From NCBI GenBank assembly GCA_023213395.1, contig CM041465.1:248565741-248629740 (forward strand): DNA of 64,000 nt, written 5' to 3'. The stretch's first letter is position 1, and every line of letters starts with the position of its first letter. A program made the position numbers and the translations under genes. Source of the DNA: Cycas panzhihuaensis (lineage: Eukaryota; Plantae; Cycadophyta). The notes under the pieces were generated by a model that did not search any database, had not been told where the DNA came from, and saw only the letters and a list, made by a program, of their open reading frames with translations. Positions 49,901 through 62,291 of this stretch are shown in pieces.

Positions 49901-52900
49901 TGCATGGACCATTCGATTAACAGGTCAAGATAACTATCAAGAATGGAAAAGAATCACTCAAAATTTGTTGATCATGAATGAATTTTGGGGTTATGTTTAT
50001 GGAAGACTACCCCAACCTGTACCTGTTATCAATGGCAATATAACTATGCAACCTGATGATGCTCTTATTGCTGCTTGGGAAGCCAAAGATGAAATTGCTT
50101 TGGCATTCCTTCATATGATTATTGATATACATGTGGATCAAAATATTGCTTCTGCAAAAACTTCTAAAGAAGCTTGGGACATTTTGTCCTCATTGTATGA
50201 AAGGCGAGATGAAGCTTGTATTTTAATGGTAAAAGCCAAGTTGTATTCTGTAAAGTTTATTAAGCCTATGTCAGCTTTTCTTTCCTCCATCAAGGAGGTA
50301 TGTAATGAGTTGAATACACGAGATTAACTGATCACATCTATTACCAAATCTTTGCCAAAGGACTACAATGGCCTCATATGATCTACTACAAGAGATGGTT
50401 CTCTCAAAAGAATGACATTCAATGAATTTGAAAGTTTATTACTTCAAGAAGAACAAATCTACATTAAGGATAATGAGGAGGAACCATCTACATTAGGTGT
50501 ATTCATGGACAACTTAAAGACCAAGCAGAACCCTAAACCTACACTCTCAAAGCAGTTTAAGAAAATGAACATTGGGTCTTCAAGGACTAATGTTGTATAT
50601 TATTATTATGGCAAACCTGGCCACATAGCAACTGATTGTCAAAAGAAGCAAGCAAATCTATGTCAGTAGTAGCAACAGCCACATCAACAATAGTAGTAGC
50701 CACGTCAGCAATACCAACAAAGATTCTAGTAATATTAGCAGTAGCATCCCCCTTGACCAAATCAAGGTGCCTATTGAGGAGGTCAAAGAGGAAGGGGAGG
50801 TTTTATAGGTGGCAATCAATGCCACTTTAATTAGTTTGTAGATGAAAACAAATTATTTTGTGCATATCAAGCATCCAAGGTTGATGAAACTTAGATTATT
50901 AATTCTGGAGCTTCACAACACATGACTGGGAGTGAAGAACTCCTTACCGACATCAAGGAAGGTAAAGGTCAATCAGTGACCTTTGGGAACAATCATTCTA
51001 TTAAGATTTCTGGAATAGGCACAATAGCTCCATTTCACTCCTCTACAAATCCTTCCTCTTCATTTTTCGATGGCAATGCCTACTTCATACCTTCAATGGA
51101 TAAGAACTTACTATCTGTTAGCAAGTTGGACAAGCAATAGATGAGTGTCTTGTTCAAGAATGGGAAATGTATAATCAGTGACAAAGATGACCAAGTAGTA
51201 GCTATTAGATATGAGGATCAAGGCCTCTATAAATTGGATGCAAATAATATAACACTTGATTCTACTTACTCTGCTTACTATGATTAACAAAAATATGGTA
51301 CATGGGCTTCCAAAAATCTATGGCACTAAATGTCTTTGTGAAGTATGCATAATGGGGACTCAACATCGCTTGACTTTCCCTAAAGACAAAGTATGGCATG
51401 CATCACATCCTTTTTAGTTGGTACACTTAGATTTATGTGGACCTATGTCCACCACATCTTTTGGAGGAGCCTTGTATTACATCTCCTTCATTGATGACTT
51501 TTCTCACAAAATCTGGGTCTACTTCATCAAGCAAAAGTCTGAAGCATTTTCCAAATTCAAAGAATTTAAGCTTGAAGTAGAAAAAGACTCTGGCCACTCT
51601 ATTAAAACATTAAGGACAGACAATGGCGGTGAATTTACTTCAAATGAATTCACCTAATACTACAAGGATAATGGCATTCAGAGACAACTGACTATTCCTC
51701 ACACTCCTCAACATAATAGAGTCTCTGAATGAATTGATAAAACTTTGGCTAATAAAGCCAAAGCAATGATGTATGCACAAGGACTCACTCGAGCTTATTG
51801 GGCAGAAGTATTTCATACAGCTATCTATGTAGCCAATCGTAGTCCAACTGCAACAGTCATCAATATGACACCTGAGGATGCATGGTCTGGCAAAAATCCA
51901 ATTATTAGCCATTTGAGGACTTTTGGGTGCATTACTTATATGCACATCCCCAATCAACAAAGGACAAAATTAGACAAGCATAGTCTGAAATACATCTTTG
52001 TAGGATATGTCATTCATAGTAAAGCCTACAAGTTGTATGATCCCATTGGGAAGAAAATGCATCTCTCAAGAGATGTCATCTTTGCTGAAGAAGATCATAA
52101 GGAGTTGTAAATAACATCCATGTAACCTCCCATTGACAAAGGTAAGAAGATTGTTGATGCCTTCCTTCCCTCTCAATCTTCTACTCCATGTACATCATCT
52201 GCACCTGCTAGACCATCTACATCAACTGAGTTTGCTCCACTTGATCCAAGTACATCTTCTGTTGATCAACCACTCAGACCAGAAGATCTTGAGATTCAAG
52301 TTACTTTAATTCAAAAGTTACAAAAATGATACATTCAGATAGTACAAGATGGCCACATCATTGAAGGAAAACGTCCATCAAAATATAGGCAGCAGACCAA
52401 TTATGCACTTATGGCTGAAGTGTTATGTGTCGATAAGCCTTTCACTTTTAAGGAGGCTTCTAAAAATGAAAATTGGAAGGCTACCATGGATGAAGAAATC
52501 CATTCTATTGAAAAGAATGGTGCTTGGGATTTTGTTGAATTGCCTAAACACAAACAGGCAATCAGTTGCATATGGGTCTACAAGACCAAATTCCAATCTG
52601 ATGGTTTACTTAAGCTATAGAAGGCCCACCTTGTGGCAAAATGATTCAAATAAAAGGAAGGCATAGACTATGAGGAGACTTTTGTACCAGTGGCAAATAT
52701 GAATACCATCCAACTCATCTTGGTCTTAGCTACTTAATGTAAATGGCCAGTCTATCAGATGGATGTGAAGAGCACTTTTCTTAATGGCAATCTTCATGAG
52801 GAGGTATACTTGGAGAAACCTCCTGGTTATAAAGTACAAGGCAAGGAGCATTTTATATGTCACCTAAAAAAGGCGTTATATGGCTTGAAACAAGCTCCAA

Positions 52901-54536
52901 GAGCATGGTACTCAAAGATCGATGATTACTTCTTAAGACATCGGTTTCATCGATCTACTTCATATCCTAACCTATACATAAAAAATGAAAAAAACCATGC
53001 CATCCTTATTGTCTTGTATGTAGATGACTTAGTGATCACTAGAAGTGACACTAAGATGATACACATTCTTCAAGATGACTTGAAGAGAAGTTTTGAGATG
53101 ACAGATCTTGGACTTCTCCATTACTTTTTAGGCTTTGAGATATGATAATAGCCAGACTATATCTTCATCTCCCAAGCGAAATATTCTTGGATATTTTGTA
53201 GCAGTTTAGGATGCACAACTGCAAACCAGTGCCTACACCAATGGAGAATGGATTTAAGCTTACTCTCAATGAGGAAGCTGCACCTGTAGATCCCACACTT
53301 TATTGACAGTTGATTGGGAGCCTCATTTATCTCACTAACACTCGATCAGATATTTCATTTGCAGTTGGGATTTATTCATGATACATGTCTCAACCCAATC
53401 AAAAATACTGGAATGCCGCTAAATGCATACTAAAATACATCAAAGACACATTACAACATAGCCTTGAGTATGCACATAATGAGAACTTCACTCTGGAAGG
53501 GTTCTCAGATTCTGATTAGGTAGGTTGCCAAGATAGTAGGAGATCAACATCGAGATATTGTTTTTCCCTTGGTTCAACAGTTATTTCGTGGAGTTGCAAG
53601 AAGCAACCCAATGTTACCTTATCCTCCACCGAAGTAGAGTACAAAACTGCAGTTAGTGTAGCTTGTGAAGCTATCTGGCTATGTCATATTCTTGAGAAAC
53701 TTGGACTTGAGCAAGATCACCCCACCAGGATTTAGTGTGACAATCAAAGTGTACTCAAGTTAGCCAAGAATCTAGTTTTTCATGCATAGACTAAACACAT
53801 CGAGGTTCATCATCACTTCATCAGAGAGCGTGTGTAGAATAGTGAGATCAACCTCCAATACAGACCTACAGAACAATAGACAGTAGATATCTTTACCAAG
53901 CCACTTGATAAAGAAAAATTTGTAAAATTTAGAGATGGTCTAGGGGTCCAACTTAACATTGTAAATAGTAAGAGGGGGTGTTACACCTTATGTTTACATG
54001 TTAAGATTATGCACTTTATTTTTTCATGTAATATTTGTAAAGTTATATCTTAGGGGTGACTTATCACTTAAGTGATAAAGTACACACCCACAATCTTTTT
54101 AGTGACACAACATTGTCACTAAAAGGTCAAATAGACACCCATGGACTTTTGCTTACATAAGAGCCCCAAAAGGAAACATGTCTAACATGTAAGGCATGTA
54201 CCTTGGATATTTGACACTTATCAAATATCCAAGGCCTTAGGTCTCTCATTTCACTCTATATAATGGGACCTCTCCTCTTTGTCTCATATGGGAGTTGGAG
54301 TTATATTGTTATGCTATCAATTTGCTAATCAAATTGTTTATTCTTTTGGAGGTTGGACCAATTCCAACCCCACATATTTGGTATCATTTCTCTTGCTCCT
54401 TCATTTTATGCTTTATCTCTTATGCTTTCTTTTATCTTGTGAATATTATACTTGTTAAGCATTTGTACTTTCAGGAATTAGAGTGAACCTAGCTTCTAGA
54501 TCTTAGGACTGTGAGGCCATTAGGCCTCTTTTCATA
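46999..54536 (+). mobile_element. Ty1/copia LTR retrotransposon, innermost insertion of the nest, 7.5 kb
   Basis: 558-bp LTRs 46999-47556 and 53979-54536; perfect TSD TTTGG; PBS TAGTATCAAAGC 47559-47570; PPT AAGAGGGGG 53970-53978. Removing it restores the host frame SKFM*DPKTSHW. Confidence 0.97.
49878..53965 (+). pseudogene. Copia gag-pol (multiple stops and frameshifts)
   Basis: ORF track: RLTGQDNYQEWK, YYYGKPGHIATDC (knuckle with C>Y), NSGASQHMT, VHLDLCGP...FIDDFS...LRTDNGGEF, MDVKSTFLNG...KKALYGLKQAPRAWY...LYVDDL; RNase H CDNQS, VDIFTKPL. Confidence 0.96.
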
Positions 54537-54541
54537 TTTGG

Positions 54542-57500
54542 ATCCTACATGAACTTGGACACAACACTAACTGAATATGTTATATCTGGTGGAGTAGATA
54601 TTAAATATATTAAGCTGCCAATGAGTTATCTATAGAGTGTGGGATTAATCGAAGTCGAGTCATCTATCTTAGAAAGTTTGATTCCAATTTCTATTAGTAT
54701 TATCAATGATTTGTAGTTTGTCATTTTGAATCTTTATAGAAGATCCAATATATATTTACGTTGAGAAATGAATATTCCTTGTTTGTCCTGCCAGACTTCC
54801 AATCCTAGGAAGTAATGCATGAGGCTTAAGTCTATCATCTCAAATTCCTTACACATAGCATCTTTAAACTAATGTAAAAGATGGGAGTCATTTCCGGTAT
54901 ACATTAAATCATCTACATAGAGTCCTACAATCAATATCGAATTTCCCTTAATTTTGGTGTATAAGTTTGGATTTGCGTGAGATCTTTCAATTCCTTGATC
55001 CCTAAAATATTTGTCTATGTAAGAATACCAAGCCCTGGGTGCTTATTTTAGACCATATAGTGCCTTCTTTAATTTATACACTTTGTTTCTTACCCCCTAA
55101 CTTCAAAACCAAGGGGTTGAGTGATATAGATGTCTTCTTTGACATAACCATTTAATAAAGCACTTTTCACATCCATTTGATAAAGTTTCCAACCCATTTG
55201 GGCAGCTAAACTTATCATCATGCAAACATATTTCATCATAGTAATGGGGGCAAATGTTTCTGTATAGTCTATGCCTTCTCTTTAGGCATATCTTTTTGAT
55301 ACCAATCGAGCTTTATATTTGTCAATGGAGCCATCTGAGTGGAACTTAGTCTTATAGACCCATTTGGTGCTAATAGCTTTCTTTGTTGGTGGTAAATCTA
55401 CAAGTTCCCAAGTATGATTCTTAATAATAGACTTATATTCCTCTTTCATGGCTTTCTACTAACATTTATATTGATTAGCCTCATCAAAGGTTTAAGGCTT
55501 ATGAATTTTTAGCACCTTACTCATTAGAGCAAAGTTGACCCTACGTGAGCGTGTAGATCTTCTATTATTATCTAATATATTTCCTAAGTCATGGTTGTAT
55601 TGAACCCATTTGGGTAGATGTTATGATGGAGGTTGAGATGATGTTTCTTCCCCAGTGGGTTCCTAAATATTTCTCTACATAGGAGGCACATATTTAGATT
55701 TATTTGATGTGTCAAATTTAATGGAAATCTCCTTCTGTTTTTCTTGATTATCTTGGTAGTAGGTATCTTCTTAAAATTTGACGTCCCTACTTACTATAAC
55801 TTTTCTGGATTTTGGATCATAAACTTTGTAGGATTTTGAAGATTCACTATACCCAATAAAGATACATTTAACACTATGGTCATCTAACTTAGTTCTTCTT
55901 TAGTTAGGAATATGGGCATAGGCTAGACATCCAAATACCTTGAGATGATGTATACTTGGTTTATAATTGGTCCATGCTTCTTCTAGAGTTTTCTACTTAA
56001 GTGTTTTAGTGTAACATCTATTAAGTAGGTAGATGGTTGTATGAACTCCTTTAACCTAAAATTCATGGCCCAAGTTTTTATCTTTAAGCATACATCGTGC
56101 CATTTCAACGATAGTTCTATTTTTTCTTTCTGCTATACCATTTTATTATGGGGTGTAGGGGTTGATAAATTGTCTCCTAATACCATGGTGGATACAATCA
56201 TCTTTAAAAGTGTTAGATGTAAACTCTCCCCCATTATCTGATCTTAGAGAAAGAATATGATACCCACGTTGTTGCTCAATAAAGGTTTTAAAGTCAACAA
56301 AGTGGTCAAAAGTATCGTATTTATATTTTATAAAGAACACCCATGTCTTTCTTATAAAGTGATTAATAAATGTGAGAAAATACTTTGCACCTACTAAGGA
56401 GGGAGTGGCCATTGGTCCACAAATATCTGTGTATACTAGTTGAAGAGGGGCAGATGCTCGATGACTAAAATCTAGAAAGCTTTCTCTATGTTATTTGCCA
56501 AGAAGGTATCCCTCACACAACTTTTTATTAATATTAATAGGTGATAGACTATTAACCATATCTAATCTTTTCATAAGAGCCAAGTTGTTGCAGTTAAGGT
56601 GACCAAACCGTCTATGCCACAAATCACTATCTAATGTAGTTAAAGTTCTTAGGGCATAGGTATCCAAAGGGGTGAGGATAAGCTTAAATAAACGATCTTT
56701 AGTCATTGTACCTTTGGCAGCAATAGCTTCATTATTTATTTTGTCTTTGATGACACATTCGCCATTGTCACAAATAACCTTATAATGTTGTCCCATCATC
56801 TGTCCTACCGATAACAAGTTTTTCCTTAAGGCAGGGACATATAAGACATCATCCAAGTATCTATATTCATAAATATCAGTCAACACGGCAATGCTACCTC
56901 TCCCAACTGATTCATGAGAAGTATTATCTTCAAACATGATTAACCCTTTTCTATTTTTATCCAAGGTTTGAAATAAATATTCTTTATGGGTCATGTGATT
57001 TGAGCAACCTGAATTGATATACCAACTATCATCCTCTTCTTCCTTAGTAGAAAAACTGGATAGAAATAACATATTATTAACTTTTGATTCCAATGAATTT
57101 GAAGCATGTCCTCTAGGGGGTGGTCTATGTTTTAAAAAATATTTATCTTCAGTGTGATTATTTTTATGATAATAAGTACAATATAATGAATCTCTTCTCC
57201 TATAACTAAGGCTTCGACTTCTTAGTTAAAAATGATTAATATTAAAAAATCTCCTCCTTTCCTCATAGAATTGAGGAGGATTGTTTCTTGGTTGGTTATC
57301 ACGATAGTCTTGAGTTTATCTTTAAGGTTGAGAATTCCCATGACAATATGGACAGCAAGTATGATTCTTAACTTGTCTCCTTTGGTTGGGATTTCTTAGA
57401 GCATTAGGATTTTTTGGAGGGTCTTTATATTGTTGGGGTCCCTCTTGTCTCTTTTAGTGAGGGGCTTGATATCGTGGAGGATTTTATTTGGTTTCATTTC

Positions 57501-58212
57501 TAGGCTTTCTACCTTTTCTCCTTTGAGGAGATTCCTTTTGTTCTGAGGTTCCTGCTTAGGAGTTAGATTGAATGAGGGTCTCTGTAGCAAAGGCATGTTC
57601 TAAAGATTCATTTACATTTTGTTGCTTCTCTATAGACATGATCATAGCACTAAGTTATTTTACTTTGAGGGTACTTAGATCTTTTGATATGCTAATACTG
57701 GTAGCTACAATTTCAAAACGTCTTACAGCTCCTACACATCTAAGGATCCTTTCAACTACCCTTTATTCAGTTAGGGTATCCCTAAGTGACCTCATTTGGT
57801 TGATAATATCTTGGACTTTAGTCATGAATTTAATTACTGATTCATGAGGTATCATACATAAATTTTTGAACTTACTTCTCAAGTTTTGTAGTTTAGAGGA
57901 GGTGGCTCCTTCATATATAAGTTATAAAGTGTCCCAAGCTTCTTTGGACTTAATAGATTCGATAGCTCTTGAAAACATATGATATTTTAATGCATAAAAG
58001 ATAAGGTCTAAGGCTTTGTTATCCTTTTTGATATTTTCTTTGTATGTAACTTTTTCTGCATCGGTTGGATTTGGTCTCAATTCATTGTAACATGTTCTCA
58101 CAATGTCCCATATGTCATTGGCTATGAGGATGGGCCTCATCCTCCTACTCCAGTTTAGGAAATTGTTTCTATCAAATTTTGAGATAATCATATTCCTAAA
58201 ACTAGACGTCAT
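54542..58212 (-). pseudogene. Copia gag-protease-integrase-RT (5' part of the split pol)
   Basis: ORF track: KFDRNNFLNWSRRMR, WYINSGCSNHMT, LWHRRFGHLN, LRSDNGGEF; RT motifs QMDVKSALLNG and LYVDDL. Confidence 0.95.
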
Positions 58213-58401
58213 TTTGAACTAAAGTTGAGTTGATACAAATGTGATAAATAAGATATTAAAAGGTTAAATGTGAATATGAAAAAAATATTTAAATTTAAAA
58301 TTTAAAAAAAGGTTTAAATGTAAAATTTATTTCTAAATATAACCTAAAGTTTTCCCAAATTTTTGAATAAGTGAACTAAGACCTATTAAGGTTGATAGGC
58401 T

Positions 58402-58852
58402 CTAAGTTTAAGTTTCTCCTAGGATAACCTTCAGTTGCTATTCTGTCTAGTGGCACCTACCCGCAGATGGCAAAATAGGGACCTGATATACTAGTATGTG
58501 AGTGCTAGGCTCTATATACCTCAGTACGTGGACTGCTAAGAAGGTTTTTACACCCCCCTAAATTATTAGTCCACCTGCATCAGACTTATGCCTAGTGACA
58601 GATCTAGTAGTGAAGGTTCTTGAACTAAGGCACTCACCCTCTCTAGGTCTAGCCTTGGTCTCTAAACACCATGAAAGGAACAGGTTCTACACCTCAGCCT
58701 ACCATTGAATACACCTGATAGCTAATGGTTATCCTCATCCAATATGAGTAGGCTGATTAACATGTGCAGAGTGGTAACTTTATGGGTCCTAACCTTTCCC
58801 ATTGCAAGGCTAGAAAAATAGGGTGGTTCAATTCGACATTATCTTATTTAAT
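58402..58852 (-). ncRNA. Putative structured RNA module in the copia 5' leader, ~190 nt upstream of gag (homologous to 24775-25221)
   Basis: GC-elevated island with nested perfect stems 58648-58657/58805-58814, 58694-58702/58748-58756 and 58528-58534/58568-58574. Function unproven. Confidence 0.6.
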
Positions 58853-61800
58853 GTGAAAAATAGATTAATTAGCAATGTGGTCTTGCTTAGAAAAAAAAAG
58901 ATTCCTTTTATATAATAAAGAAAAATTTAAAAGTAAAATAATATACTCTAAGCAAGATAAAATAAACAATAAACTTTTGAAAGAAATAAAATCCCTTTTT
59001 TCAAAAAAATATAATGTTCTTCAAATGGATGAAATATGCCTTTGAAAATTAAATAAATTAAATGCAACTTTTATAAGTGCAAGAAATAAATGATATTTTT
59101 CAACATTAATGAATGAAAATAAAACTTTTAGTAAGTGTATACCTTTCAAATAAATGACACACTTATGAGATATAATTTTAAATAAACTTTTAAAATATAA
59201 TGATAAACGAAAAAAACTTTTAATAAGTATGGCTTTAGAGTAAACTTTGAAATGTAATAGATGTGTAAGCAAATTTGAATGTAACAAAGATCCTTTTCAA
59301 CTATGTAAAGCTGAAATAAACATTGATAATGAAAAATAAAGAGTTCTCAACCTTTAATTTTTTAAATGAGTAAATATAAACTTTCAATGCAAGAAAAAAT
59401 GACTTTTTCTTTTTAATGCATGAAAAAACTTTGCCTTGAAGAAGATATACAAGCTGAAAACTGAAATATATATGTATATTTTTACTTACTTTATGAACAA
59501 TTTCTATTACTAAATAACTTTTTAAAAAACTTATATGAAAGTCAAGTAAAAACCTTAAACATGTAGTATAAATAATCAATGAGAAAATAAAACAAAACTT
59601 TCTTTAAAAAGTTTGGAGGGCAAGCCTATTAGGATATACTTGTATGCTAAACTTTGACAGATTAAAAACTATACTAAACCACATCAGAATAACATGAAAA
59701 TTTACTACTATGAAGATAAATAAAATATGTATGCAATGGAACTAACCATTTTAAAATGGGTTCCTACAAGTTGATATTTTAAGAATAAAAGAAACAACCC
59801 TCTTTTTGAGGCTCAACGGTAGTAGGGGCTCAAAATATTATAAAAAAATGCTAATAAATCTTTATGAAGTGATAAGAAATGACCAAATATGGTTTAAAGG
59901 GCTGTCTAATATATTTTTAATTGAATTTTTTTTAGAAACAATATGTGTAAATATGTAATAATAATAATTAGAGGCTATTAAGTACCTCAACTTTGATTGA
60001 TTTGAAAATAAAAAGAACACATTAAATCATATGAAAAAACTATGTCAATTCAAAGAGGGGTGAGTCAACTTCCCAACAAAACTAATGAAACCAAATTTGG
60101 ATACAAAACTGAAAAGTTATAGTCAAAATAGCCATAAGTACTTCTTTGTGAATATGCTTAAAAATGTTAAAAAAACACTAAAATGTCACTTTCAGTGATT
60201 AAAATAATGGTTAAAATGAATTCTAAAAATTAAAATAAATAAGTAGTAATAAATTTTGATGATAATATATTAGTATAGAATAAATCCAGGTAGAAAATAG
60301 TCACCCGGTAATAAAATATAATCAGTTGAAAAAGTGATTTTATAAAAAGTTAAAAAATACTAAAAACATGAATGTTTGACTTTGAATCGACTGAAACATG
60401 GTCAAATCAAGTCCAAATTGGTCATAAGATCAGTCAAAATTGATCTACAGAAAATTTTTGATGTAATGAAACTAGTTTTGTTAGAAACTGATGAGCTAGT
60501 GAGAAGTTATGCCAAAAAATAGTCAAATACTTTATATTTTTTAAATACATTTTTAAAAGATAAAAGGTAAAATGTTATATGTTTAAAATAACCTTCTTAA
60601 AATTTGAACCTGAGGGTAGACTGGGTAGGGATTAAGCCCAAGACCTGTTAGAGAATAAACCCCTCTGTTGTCAGGAGAGTGAACACGCTCATCGAGATTG
60701 AAAAACACTAAGAACTTTTATATGGAATAAGACCCTTTTTAAACTCTGAAATTCAAATAATATGTAATCTAATTTTATTGAAGTAAAAACTTTATATATA
60801 AAAAAATAAACAAAAAAATTAATACTTTACGTCATCGTGAATACGGAAACGTATATAACAAAAGTGTAATGAAGTGGGACAAAAGTATGATAAACTGGAA
60901 TAAAACACAAATGAAAGAGAAAAAAAACTAGGACCGTGCCTTGAGTAGTTGACCGTCTGTAACGACACCAAAAGAGGCACATATTAGAATCAATTAGAAG
61001 GCACTACTCTCATAAACCAATCAAGAGAGTAACTAATGACAATCTCACTGTTTCTACTTATAAGGCCTATGCTCAGATCCAACCAAGATTCAGAGCCTTG
61101 TGAATACTTATGTGCTCGATGAAAGCCCACCACTAATGGAATTATAAACCAAGGCACAAAAATATTGATATAAACTAAAGTGAAATTGACTTCAAGAAGA
61201 TTTTACTTAGCAAATTAAATTAAAATATGAATGTGAACAGTGCAACCTAGCTCTTTAAATATGCTGTTAACTTAGGATTTCTGGAGCGCACAGAGCAAGT
61301 TATGTTTAGAGGAAGCTTTGACGTGAACTAAAAATTTAGGATACAAAGAGCAGATACAGTCCTTGATTTTCAACTTTCCTTGAAGCAGACAAGGTTGGAG
61401 CTGTTGGTCTCAGGCAGTGGCAAATTAGAGAGACTGGCCACTGGTCCTATGAAGATGTTTTCCATAGCAAAATATTTAATCAAAGAGGAAAGGGGAACAG
61501 TGAGTGTGGAAAATAAGATATGAAGGACGTGTATCAAATGTAGTTGAAACAAATATGATAGATAAATGGTCGCAGCAACAGAGTAGCTCGATTATCAAAA
61601 GAAGCTGACTGTTGGTGTAGTAACCTACCCCTTTAGTTTTGAAGGTCGCAGAAGAGCTGTATAGGCTTTGTTGATGTTTTCTCCTATCTTTGTGTGTGCG
61701 CGCATACGCCATGGATCATATAGTCAATCGAGACTATTATATATTATCTGTTGTAGTTTCGAGTCTCACCAGAAACTTGAGACTCATTTATCAAATTCAC

Positions 61801-61912
61801 ATACATGGAGATCAGTGATTAATTATCGACTAACTTAACGACATTGTATTTCATTGTTTTCATATATGTTTGTGTGTCTCTTGCGAGATTTTTATTTGGA
61901 CTTTGACAAAAG

Positions 61913-62291
61913 ATGGTCAGAGAATAACACCACGTGAGTATCTGGAACTAGCTCTAAAACTAATGTAGGGCGTTAGAAAGGATATTATATTAGAAGAATG
62001 CACTGCGCAGGTGTTATATTTCGTGCTGATAATAGAAGGAATTATAATAAGATATACAGCCAAAAGATTAGATCTCTTATTGAGAAAACCCTTGGGGTCG
62101 ATGAATGGAATGAAGCATGTCACAATCGCGTGCAGGGAGCTTTTACACATTTATGTAAGAGGCTTTCTCAGATGCCTCAAATGCAAGCTCAAGATTTGGT
62201 AAAGTAGATGAAGCTCAGGCTTAGGCAAAAGGTCAAAATAGACTCCCACGGTGATGGCAATAACAGAGAAAAAGAGACATCATTTTTATAG
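61913..62291 (+). pseudogene. Possible decayed small ORF antisense to the copia leader
   Basis: ATG at 61913; reads MVRE*HHVSIWN*L*N*CRALERILY*KNALRR / RADNRRNYNKIYSQKIRSLIEKTLGVDEWNEACHNRVQGAFTHLCKRLSQMPQMQAQDLVK*MKLRLRQK; stops could be C>T of Gln codons; one frameshift. Confidence 0.35.

Noticed and set aside
47315-54486. Duplicated 63-aa ORFs MELYCYAI... as a gene pair
   Set aside because: They are the same incidental frame in the two LTRs of one element.
58402-58852. Hammerhead or HDV-like ribozyme, or a known viral IRES class
   Set aside because: I found no conserved CUGANGA...GAAA core or other diagnostic motif shared by both copies; a covariance-model search is needed.
59021-59579. 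ORF-track 88- and 92-aa proteins
   Set aside because: F/L/K/I-rich translations typical of chance frames in AT-rich leader DNA; no recognisable domain.
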